A stretch of DNA of 64,000 bases from a virus, in the IMG/VR virus record IMGVR_UViG_3300021197_001931, positions 1 through 64,000 of that record. The stretch is one strand, 5' to 3'. This document shows positions 1 through 6,516 of the stretch, piece after piece (position 1 is the first letter of the stretch; each line of letters opens with the position of its first letter). The notes under the pieces are model-generated. The model saw only the letters and a program-made list of their open reading frames with translations. It had not been told where the DNA came from and searched no databases. The translations under genes were made by a program, and so were the position numbers.

Positions 1-8
1 AATGTACC

Positions 9-638
9 ATGAAGTTTACAAAAGAGCAAGTTAAACAAATAATCAAAGAAGAAATAGAGAAGTATGTCTTTGAGGTGTCCGATCTTTTGGGTGATCCCTT
101 TTCGCCATCATATAAAAGTGCACTTGCAAGAGCTTATCCTGGGGGTGGTGCCACAAAAAAACCCAAAAAGTCTCCCGGTATCTCACCCCCTACAGGCGTG
201 CCAACAGAAAAAGGATACCCTTTAGGTTTTGTATCAGACCCAATGTACGACACTCCAGAAAGACAAGAAATAGAGAATATAAAATCAGAAATGGAGCGCC
301 AGTCGATTGTAAGTAAGCCAGGATGGGCTAAGGCTGAAACAATTGATGGTATTCAAGCATGGGCTGACACCCTAGGCCCTGACGAAATAAAAGAACTTGA
401 AACAATCTTCCCTGATGAAGAAGACATGGATTATCTTTTAAGGTTTGGAGCGATCCGCCCTAGAGACTTGGCTAAAACAGAATTATTAGATTTGCTAGAT
501 CCTGACAAGGTAGATCCTGACAAAGATCTAACTTCAGCGGTGCAAAAGGTAGAAGCCGCAGCAGAGTCTGGAGTTTCTCAAAAAATAAAAGATGTTTGGA
601 AAAAACTAGAAAAAAGCTTGTTAAAAACAAAAACTTAA
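9..638 (+). CDS. Hypothetical phage protein with N-terminal MKFTKEQVKQIIKEE motif (possible head-associated protein)
   Basis: 209-aa ORF; charged amphipathic N-terminus, Pro-rich middle, acidic C-terminal half. Confidence 0.7.
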   Translation: MKFTKEQVKQIIKEEIEKYVFEVSDLLGDPFSPSYKSALARAYPGGGATKKPKKSPGISPPTGVPTEKGYPLGFVSDPMYDTPERQEIENIKSEMERQSIVSKPGWAKAETIDGIQAWADTLGPDEIKELETIFPDEEDMDYLLRFGAIRPRDLAKTELLDLLDPDKVDPDKDLTSAVQKVEAAAESGVSQKIKDVWKKLEKSLLKTKT

Positions 639-648
639 TTAATTTAAC

Positions 649-668
649 CCCCTATTTTATAATAGGGG
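649..668 (+). promoter_or_regulatory. Perfect inverted repeat CCCCTATT-ttat-AATAGGGG overlapping a TATAAT box and the Shine-Dalgarno of ORF 678
   Basis: 8-bp stem seen directly; TATAAT at 658-663; GGGGAG SD overlaps the 3' arm. Confidence 0.45.
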
Positions 669-677
669 AGAATTTTT

Positions 678-929
678 ATGACAAAAGACCCACTGATAGA
701 AGAATTATATAAAGGCAAAGCTACAACTTACCCAAGCGTAGTTGTTTCTGGTAGCGGTGATGCCTGGTTTTTAAACCCAGAAACTAGGTCTATGGAGAGG
801 ATCTACAGAGGGTCAGTTGCAAAGAAAATCTCTTTGAGCACAGATAGCAAGGGACGACACCTTGTCCAAGTCGGAACAATATATATTCTTGTCCCGGAGG
901 AGGAGCTGTTCTCTGTAGGCGATAATTAA
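678..929 (+). CDS. Small hypothetical beta-rich protein
   Basis: 83 aa, GGGGAG SD, stop overlaps next start (TAATG). Confidence 0.7.
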   Translation: MTKDPLIEELYKGKATTYPSVVVSGSGDAWFLNPETRSMERIYRGSVAKKISLSTDSKGRHLVQVGTIYILVPEEELFSVGDN

Positions 930-1192
930 TGGAACCAAAACAAAATATTTTTGGAAACTCGAAGATAAACAAAATTAATACAGGCGACATAGTTCGATGG
1001 CATACTCTAAAAAGAGACGGAGAAAGAGAGTATATCGAAAATGTTGGCATAATTACTAAAGTATACATTGATTTCCGGGGGGGTAGAGATGTTGCAATGG
1101 CCAAGGTTATTCCGCTGGGTAGCGGCACTGATGCGGGAAAAGAAATAGAGATTTTTCTTGCATGTCTAAAAATAGTTTCAAGGACACAATAG
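929..1192 (+). CDS. Small SH3/KOW-like beta-barrel protein
   Basis: GDIVRW...GIITKV pattern; translationally coupled to the previous ORF. Confidence 0.6.
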   Translation: MEPKQNIFGNSKINKINTGDIVRWHTLKRDGEREYIENVGIITKVYIDFRGGRDVAMAKVIPLGSGTDAGKEIEIFLACLKIVSRTQ

Positions 1193-1413
1193 GCGTAAAA
1201 CAAGGAGATCTTGTTACTTACCGAGCTATAAAGGAGATAGTGTCTCGATATAGGGAAAAAAAGGTAGTTCCAAATGGAATAGGTATAGTGATCTTAATTG
1301 ATGATGAATTTGCAAAAGTTTATTGGATTCATGCAAAAAGCTACTTATGGGTTTTAGTAGATAAATTAAGCACTTTTAACAATTTAAAGGATTTGGAAAC
1401 TAGAAAACACTAA
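1162..1413 (+). CDS. Small SH3/KOW-like beta-barrel protein
   Basis: GDLVTY...GIGIVI...AKVYW pattern, similar to ORF 929. Confidence 0.6.
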   Translation: MSKNSFKDTIGVKQGDLVTYRAIKEIVSRYREKKVVPNGIGIVILIDDEFAKVYWIHAKSYLWVLVDKLSTFNNLKDLETRKH

Positions 1414-1416
1414 TTA
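1409..1416 (+). promoter_or_regulatory. ACTAATTA motif (putative phage late promoter)
   Basis: Member of the recurring ACTA[ATG]TTA set, directly upstream of ORF 1417. Confidence 0.45.
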
Positions 1417-2010
1417 ATGATAATGAAATGTAAAGTTAAAAATAGTTCGAATTTGGATATGTCTACAGCATTACCGTTGTTAAGAAGTTTGTATTCTCAT
1501 ATGCACACAGAGATGGGCTTTGATAAGCCAGCAGGCGTGCACTTCTATTCAGACCAGGACAATGCTCAAATGACCTTGGGAAAGACTGCCCATTACAGCC
1601 CGAATTCACACACCATCACAGTATACACCGATGGAAGGCACCTAAAAGACATTCTAAGGTCCATCGCCCACGAAATAGTACACCATGACCAAAACTGTAA
1701 CGGAGAGTTTGACAAGCCGTTTAAAACAGGCCCTGGATATGCCCAAAAGGATCTCCGCATGAGAGAATTGGAGAGGGATGCATACGAAAGAGGGAATATG
1801 ATGTTCAGGGACTGGGAAGATAAACAAAAGTGGAACTTGCACGAAAACAAAGAATATACAAAGGAGCTACCAAAAGTGTCTAAAGAAACACAAGATAAAA
1901 AAGTTATAAAAGGAAATGAAAAGCCTGTTGATAATAAGCCTGTCTCTAATGATGAGTGGTATCAAAACAATCTTTACAAATCCCTGATGAATCGGTGGAT
2001 TAAAAAATAA
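1417..2010 (+). CDS. Zn-dependent metallopeptidase-like protein (HEXXH)
   Basis: DILRSIAHEIVHHDQ zinc motif followed by ELERDAY; the true start may be the ATG at 1423. Confidence 0.7.
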   Translation: MIMKCKVKNSSNLDMSTALPLLRSLYSHMHTEMGFDKPAGVHFYSDQDNAQMTLGKTAHYSPNSHTITVYTDGRHLKDILRSIAHEIVHHDQNCNGEFDKPFKTGPGYAQKDLRMRELERDAYERGNMMFRDWEDKQKWNLHENKEYTKELPKVSKETQDKKVIKGNEKPVDNKPVSNDEWYQNNLYKSLMNRWIKK

Positions 2011-2030
2011 TATTTTAGGGGGGACCTAAT

Positions 2031-2237
2031 TTGCATGAAAAATGGGACCATGGGGTAACAACAAAAAACGATCAAGGAAGAAAAGTATACAAACGGTTTT
2101 ACACAAAAGATAAAGCTTTAAATTATATGTACTCTCTTCTATCCAAAGGAAAGTGGGCCGTTTATTGGGATGTAAGTCAATCACCCAATTTTTATTACTT
2201 TTCTGAAATTTTTAAAGGAAAAACATACAATGGATAA
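2031..2237 (+). CDS. Small hypothetical protein
   Basis: 68 aa, TTG start after GGGGGA SD; overlaps next gene. Confidence 0.5.
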   Translation: MHEKWDHGVTTKNDQGRKVYKRFYTKDKALNYMYSLLSKGKWAVYWDVSQSPNFYYFSEIFKGKTYNG

Positions 2238-2442
2238 AAAAGAGCAAATAAAAAAACTCTTGACTAAGATAACTGAATTAATTGAAGAAGTGCTCGATGA
2301 GAAGGATACGGTCGAAGAGATTAGCACGGGTGTCGGCCTTGGTGGAGCACCGGGTGGTCCCCTCGGAAGCTTAGGTATGCCACGAAAGAGAAGCACCCGC
2401 AGAAGGATTGTGCGACCTGACCCACCTAAACAAAAAAGATAA
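2230..2442 (+). CDS. Small hypothetical protein (EE motif, Gly-rich segment, basic tail)
   Basis: AAGGA SD; EEISTGVGLGGAPGGPLG followed by an Arg/Lys tail. Confidence 0.65.
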   Translation: MDKKEQIKKLLTKITELIEEVLDEKDTVEEISTGVGLGGAPGGPLGSLGMPRKRSTRRRIVRPDPPKQKR

Positions 2443-2462
2443 TTCTATCTTATTATTAAGTA

Positions 2463-2470
2463 ACTATTTA
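2463..2470 (+). promoter_or_regulatory. ACTATTTA motif (putative phage late promoter)
   Basis: Intergenic, 22 nt upstream of ATG 2493. Confidence 0.55.
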
Positions 2471-2492
2471 CATTAATACGGGAGTTTATACT

Positions 2493-3368
2493 ATGCCAGA
2501 TAAAGAACGAAGTCAAGAAGAAATTCTACTGAGAGAGAACATTCGAAAAGCAATCAGGGTTGTACTAGATCGCCGCTCTAAGGAAAGCGAGCGTGAGCGT
2601 TTAGAGGAACAAACACTTCGTAAGGTTATTCGTGGCATGGTCGCTGAGGCCAAGGAAAAGCAAATATATGACACCACAGGCGAAAATGACCTTAGCAAGT
2701 ACATGGATACTAACGCTAAAAACATTATAGACTCATATAGGGAACTACAAACTAGTGATACTCAAAAGTTAACTTTTATGGCAGTTTTAAAATTTGCAAT
2801 AATAAACTTATTTCAAGAACTTGATGTAAAACAAGACAGACTAGGTGTGGATAAGTTAGCAGAGGTTCTTAACACTTTGGGCGAAGAAATAGAGGTAGAC
2901 ATAAAAGATGAATTTGAGGGAGACCCTCTGCAGGAGCCAGAAGATCCGGAAGATACCCCGGAGGCAATTAGGTTTGCAAAAGAACTAGGATTTGAGATGC
3001 CAGAAAAGCTTGACACAAGAGGATTAAGCCAGGCCGTGGATGTTTTTAATGCAATGATAAAGAACCAAGTAACAGATGCTTACAATAAATATGGACCAGG
3101 ACAATCACAAGACGCAAGCCAATTTAAAAGTAAATTCTGGCCCACCTTGAACGATAAACTAAAGGCTGCACAAGCTTTGGATCCTAACAATGATCCGGAA
3201 GATCTGTTGTCTAGTATCTCTAAAGCAGAAGAAACTTTAGCTACTGAGCCAGAGGCAGCCGACACGGAGATTCCAGAAATTCCAGAAATCCCTGAAGAAG
3301 AACAGGAAGAAGAGGTAGTGGGATTAGAAGAGTTTGTTGATCTTGATGAATTATTATCTAATCTTTAA
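2493..3368 (+). CDS. Acidic hypothetical protein (possible internal head or scaffold-like protein)
   Basis: 291 aa; two LRxxIR helices at the N-terminus; very acidic C-terminus; GGGAG SD. Confidence 0.7.
   Translation: MPDKERSQEEILLRENIRKAIRVVLDRRSKESERERLEEQTLRKVIRGMVAEAKEKQIYDTTGENDLSKYMDTNAKNIIDSYRELQTSDTQKLTFMAVLKFAIINLFQELDVKQDRLGVDKLAEVLNTLGEEIEVDIKDEFEGDPLQEPEDPEDTPEAIRFAKELGFEMPEKLDTRGLSQAVDVFNAMIKNQVTDAYNKYGPGQSQDASQFKSKFWPTLNDKLKAAQALDPNNDPEDLLSSISKAEETLATEPEAADTEIPEIPEIPEEEQEEEVVGLEEFVDLDELLSNL
3267..3296 (+). repeat. In-frame 9-bp tandem repeat encoding EIPEIPEIPE
   Basis: GAGATTCCA GAAATTCCA GAAATCCCT GAA. Confidence 0.8.
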
Positions 3369-3415
3369 TTTATTTTAATCTAAAAATATATTTTCTTCTA
3401 TTGTATAATCTTTTT

Positions 3416-3736
3416 ATGAAAGAAGTTTATACTAATATAGGGGCTACAATTGGTCACCTAGTACAAGAGAAGAATGAAGCTTATGGAAGCTCATTTGAAA
3501 GATCACAAGAAATTTTAAAAATTCTTTATCCTAATGGAGTTCAACCTTCTCAGTATAAAGATATGTTAGCTATAACAAGAGTAGTAGATAAATTATTTAG
3601 AATAGCTAATAAGAAAGATGCATTTGGAGAAAACCCTTGGCAAGATATTGCAGGGTATGGCATATTAGGTACAGCCAATGAGTTGGAAGAAGAAGAAGAA
3701 ACTGTACGGGACCAACAAGAATTACAGTTTAGCTAG
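3416..3736 (+). CDS. Alpha-helical DUF1599/Nmad1-like (nucleotide-modification-associated, MazG-like) protein
   Basis: KNEAYGSSF...RVVDKLFRI...WQDIAGYGIL pattern; ATG at 3416 preferred over TTG at 3401. Confidence 0.55.
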   Translation: MKEVYTNIGATIGHLVQEKNEAYGSSFERSQEILKILYPNGVQPSQYKDMLAITRVVDKLFRIANKKDAFGENPWQDIAGYGILGTANELEEEEETVRDQQELQFS

Positions 3737-4043
3737 AAAACTCAGAAGAGAGGGCAGGACAACCGAAGAGTTTGAAATGATGTTAAATTCTATAAGCTTA
3801 GAAGAACTTATAGGATTGAAATTAGAACTAGCGTCAAGTGCAGTTGACAACAAATTGTTTGGGTTGGCCTTGTGGAATGGAATGCCCTTTATTGTTAGGG
3901 AGGCAGTCTTTAAATATGCGTTTTCTGCTAGCAGGACCAAGACAGAATGTATGAATTTTCTTGGGCTTAAACCTAAGAACTTTTTTGAAATATCAAAAAA
4001 TTATGAAGTTGAGAGTTTTTTCTCAAACGAAGAAGAAGACTAA
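3678..4043 (+). CDS. Putative DNA-binding protein with Fis-like C-terminal HTH
   Basis: AVFKYAFSASRTKTECMNFLGLKPKNFFEISKNY follows the Fis-type HTH spacing. Confidence 0.45.
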   Translation: MSWKKKKKLYGTNKNYSLARKLRREGRTTEEFEMMLNSISLEELIGLKLELASSAVDNKLFGLALWNGMPFIVREAVFKYAFSASRTKTECMNFLGLKPKNFFEISKNYEVESFFSNEEED

Positions 4044-4046
4044 TTA
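4039..4046 (+). promoter_or_regulatory. ACTAATTA motif 7 nt upstream of the tmRNA 5' end
   Basis: Spacing typical of a -10-type element. Confidence 0.55.
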
Positions 4047-4053
4047 AAATCAT

Positions 4054-4390
4054 GGGGATGAAATGGTTTCGACAGGATAAGGAAGTTGGATAGTGCAAGC
4101 AACCTAATAAAATCAATGGTTTAAAACTTAATTTTAAAAATCAATTGCCAATAACAGCAATTACTCTGAATTAGCTCTAGCAGCTTAATTCCTGGGCTTC
4201 CCTGAGCCCAGTGTCCAAGAGGGGAAAATTAAATTGGATCCCTACTTTGTAGGTGTGCCTCACCTTTGACCACGGGGAGGTGTTGGAATTAGTGGCGAAT
4301 TTGCTGATTTAAGTTAAATCAGATAAGCTTGTGAATGACTTGAAAAAATAATTATTGTGGACGTGGGTTCGACTCCCACCATCTCCACCA
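4054..4390 (+). ncRNA. ssrA: tmRNA; tag reading frame 4147-4188 encodes (A)ANNSNYSELALAA*
   Basis: 5' GGGGATG pairs with 3' CATCTCC-A-CCA including the G3:U alanine determinant; GGTTTCGAC 5' motif; T-arm GTGGGTTCGACTCCCAC; tag ends in ALAA-stop. Confidence 0.95.
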
Positions 4391-4405
4391 GAAAGGAAGA
4401 AAATT

Positions 4406-4537
4406 ATGTTAAATAGACTACGTGATGAAGTGAGCCATGTTTGTGGCGAATTAGTTCGTGGCGATCATCGTGCAGCATGGTGGGTCGTCTTGGCCGCCGA
4501 CGCTGTTGGTGTTCTTTTGCTTACGAACTTACTATAA
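4406..4537 (+). CDS. Small membrane-anchored protein (43 aa)
   Basis: AAGGA SD just after the tmRNA CCA; hydrophobic C-terminus AAWWVVLAADAVGVLLLTNLL. Confidence 0.55.
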   Translation: MLNRLRDEVSHVCGELVRGDHRAAWWVVLAADAVGVLLLTNLL

Positions 4538-4540
4538 AAT

Positions 4541-4548
4541 ACTAGTTA
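4541..4548 (+). promoter_or_regulatory. ACTAGTTA motif (putative phage late promoter)
   Basis: Intergenic, immediately before the HNH gene. Confidence 0.5.
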
Positions 4549-4551
4549 ATA

Positions 4552-5070
4552 ATGATGGAGCTAATGACTCTAAAACTAGATTCAGCTTACAAACCCGTTG
4601 GGATTGTTTCCTGGCGGGATGCACTTGTGTTAGTTATAACTGAAAAGGCTTATGCTGTTGAGTTGTATGAAACATATGTGCGTTCCGCCAGGCAAGTCTT
4701 TCAGCTTCCATCAGTAATAGCTTTAAAAAAATATATTAATATTGATTTTTTAAAACCAGTGTGTAGCAGAAAAAATATTATTCTTAGAGATAACAATATA
4801 TGCCAATATTGCAGTCAAGAGTTCTCATCTGATGACCTAACAATGGACCATATAAAACCTAAGTCCCAAGGGGGCCAAAAGTCTTGGAAGAATATTGTTG
4901 CAGCATGTAAGCCCTGTAACCAAAAAAAAGGTAACAGGACACCGGAACAGGCCGGCATGAGGCTGTTAAAGGAGCCTCAACCACTATCAGGACCAGGAAT
5001 GCTAAAAAGACGTTCAGATAATCTTCACGATCATTGGAAAAATTATCTTGACGTCTACTCAATACCGTAG
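4552..5070 (+). CDS. HNH endonuclease (McrA-like)
   Basis: RDNNICQYC...TMDHIKPKSQGG..SWKNIVAACKPCNQKKGNRTP. Confidence 0.9.
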   Translation: MMELMTLKLDSAYKPVGIVSWRDALVLVITEKAYAVELYETYVRSARQVFQLPSVIALKKYINIDFLKPVCSRKNIILRDNNICQYCSQEFSSDDLTMDHIKPKSQGGQKSWKNIVAACKPCNQKKGNRTPEQAGMRLLKEPQPLSGPGMLKRRSDNLHDHWKNYLDVYSIP

Positions 5071-5089
5071 TAGGTTGTTGTCAACTTTT

Positions 5090-5162
5090 GGGGCAGTAAC
5101 TCAGCGGTAAGAGTAGTGTTCTTATAAAGCACCGGTCGCGGGTTCGAATCCCGCCTGCCCAA
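5090..5162 (+). tRNA. tRNA-Ile (anticodon TAT); G1:A72 mismatch, CCA not encoded
   Basis: Cloverleaf: D-stem ACTC/GAGT, anticodon stem GTGTT/AGCAC with loop CT-TAT-AA (5123-5125), T-arm GCGGG-TTCGAAT-CCCGC. Confidence 0.85.
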
Positions 5163-5173
5163 TTAACAAGACA

Positions 5174-5347
5174 ATGTGGTTTAAAATAACAGCCGACTAC
5201 GGTAATATGGAGCGTCTGCAGTTTTGGCTCTGGGCTGAAAATAGGGGGGCGCTGGATGAACTCATCCTAGAAAAGCAAAATAAGAAAAAAAATATCAAAA
5301 AAGTTTATAAAGTTGAAGAGGGTCTTTCACCCCCCTTTGAAGATTAA
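5174..5347 (+). CDS. Small hypothetical protein (57 aa; not in the supplied ORF track)
   Basis: MWFKITADYGNMERLQFWLWAENRGALDELILEKQNKKKNIKKVYKVEEGLSPPFED*; fills the gap between two tRNAs and the stop abuts tRNA-Arg. Confidence 0.55.
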   Translation: MWFKITADYGNMERLQFWLWAENRGALDELILEKQNKKKNIKKVYKVEEGLSPPFED

Positions 5348-5424
5348 GCATCCTTAGCTCAGTTGGATAGAGCAACGGCCTTCTAAGCCGTAGGTCACAG
5401 GTTCGAGTCCTGTAGGATGTACCA
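5348..5424 (+). tRNA. tRNA-Arg (TCT), CCA encoded
   Basis: GCATCCT/AGGATGT acceptor stem; ACGGC-CT-TCT-AA-GCCGT anticodon arm. Confidence 0.95.
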
Positions 5425-5450
5425 TTTTATTTTTAGGAACCTATTTATAT

Positions 5451-6059
5451 ATGATGTACAAAAAAGATCTCCTATGGGAGAATAAAGCAGAGGCCGTAAG
5501 TGAAGCGGCCTCGAACTCAGAAAATAACAAAGTTGATATAGGAAGAAATAGAATTTACTTTTATTCTGAAGTGAATCGTCCTAAAAATCTTGCTTTAAAT
5601 AAGTCCATTGTTTCTCTGGGGAACACTTTGTATAACCGTGGCCAATCTCTTCAGATGGACCCTGGAAGAATCTATGTTCACATAAATTCATTTGGAGGAA
5701 GCGTATTTGCTGGCTTATCGTCTGTAGATTATATCCTCAATAGCAAAGTCCCGGTAACAACTATAATTGATGGATGTGCTGCGTCTGCCGCCACTATCAT
5801 GAGTGTAGTAGGCCACCATAGGATTATGCACAAACATTCTTTCATGCTAATCCACCAACTCTCCTCGGCCATGTGGGGAAAGTTTGAGGAAATGAAGGAT
5901 GATATGAAAAATAGTGAACTACTTATGGAGACTATTATAAGGATATATGAGGAGAGGACTCGCATCCCAAGAAGTGAATTAAAGGATCTACTTAAGAGAG
6001 ATCTATGGTGGGATGCGGATACTTGTCTAGAATATGGATTAGTTGACGAAATAATTTAA
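5451..6059 (+). CDS. clpP: ClpP-family serine protease
   Basis: INSFGGSVFAG, GCAASAA (Ser), MLIHQ (His), RDLWW (Asp), YGLVDEI; preceded by the motif variant CCTATTTA at 5440-5447. Confidence 0.9.
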   Translation: MMYKKDLLWENKAEAVSEAASNSENNKVDIGRNRIYFYSEVNRPKNLALNKSIVSLGNTLYNRGQSLQMDPGRIYVHINSFGGSVFAGLSSVDYILNSKVPVTTIIDGCAASAATIMSVVGHHRIMHKHSFMLIHQLSSAMWGKFEEMKDDMKNSELLMETIIRIYEERTRIPRSELKDLLKRDLWWDADTCLEYGLVDEII

Positions 6060-6089
6060 CAAACAGGTATGCAATCTATATAATCTTTA

Positions 6090-6208
6090 AGTCAGTTACA
6101 AAAGCTGACTAGAAGTTTTAAAGTCTCTAGCCAACCCCCCTAACCCCCTGCCCTGGCAAAGGACTTTTACTTCTCGCACAGGGAGGCATGGCGTCATTGA
6201 TGTCTCTT
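6090..6208. other. Structured intergenic element (three hairpins, C-rich loop); candidate ncRNA
   Basis: Pairings AGTCAG/CTGACT; AGAAGT/ACTTCT with AAAGTC/GACTTT and GCCA/TGGC; GGGAGGCAT/ATGTCTCTT. Confidence 0.45.
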
Positions 6209-6219
6209 CACTTTTCCGC

Positions 6220-6248
6220 TTGACAGCGGCTCCAATTAAACATATTAT
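6220..6248 (+). promoter_or_regulatory. Sigma70-type promoter TTGACA-N17-TATTAT upstream of the tRNA trio
   Basis: Consensus -35, 17-bp spacer, 5/6 match to -10, 10 nt upstream of tRNA-Leu. Confidence 0.8.
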
Positions 6249-6258
6249 ATTCCCATAA

Positions 6259-6341
6259 GCCGATGTGGTGGAATGGTAGACACGACGGATTCAAAATCCG
6301 TTGCCTGTAGGGGCGTGCGAGTTCGAGTCTCGCCATCGGTA
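6259..6341 (+). tRNA. tRNA-Leu (CAA), long variable arm
   Basis: GCCGATG/CATCGGT acceptor; ACGGA-TT-CAA-AA-TCCGT. Confidence 0.95.
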
Positions 6342-6350
6342 CTAAGTTGA

Positions 6351-6423
6351 TCCGATATAGCTCAGTTGGTAGAGCAAGCGGCTGTTAACCGCTAGGTCGT
6401 AGGTTCGAACCCTACTGTCGGAG
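6351..6423 (+). tRNA. tRNA-Asn (GTT)
   Basis: TCCGATA/TGTCGGA acceptor, G73; AGCGG-CT-GTT-AA-CCGCT. Confidence 0.95.
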
Positions 6424-6427
6424 TTAT

Positions 6428-6504
6428 GCCGCCTTAGCTCAGTTGGCCAGAGCAGCTGATTTGTAATCAGCAGGTCGTCGGTTCGAATCCGACAGGCGGC
6501 TCCA
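6428..6504 (+). tRNA. tRNA-Thr (TGT), CCA encoded
   Basis: GCCGCCT/AGGCGGC acceptor; GCTGA-TT-TGT-AA-TCAGC. Confidence 0.95.
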
Positions 6505-6516
6505 AGGAGAAATAAA

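Noticed and set aside
3404-3409. TATAAT upstream of ORF 3416 as a sigma70 promoter
   Set aside because: No credible -35 box at the right spacing, and the AT-rich context makes a chance match likely
4355-4405. Track ORF start at 4355 and alternative-frame ORF 4458-4643
   Set aside because: 4355 lies within the tmRNA T-arm region; the SD-supported start is 4406. ORF 4458 overlaps two better-supported genes
4552-5070. HNH gene as an intron-encoded or mobile homing endonuclease
   Set aside because: Free-standing with its own upstream motif; it interrupts no gene and no intron structure is evident
6090-6208. RNase P RNA, 6S RNA or SRP RNA identity for the structured element
   Set aside because: The minus strand has only a loose AAAAGTCC resemblance to RNase P P4, the matching 3' motif is absent and the region is too short; no SRP or 6S hallmark recognised
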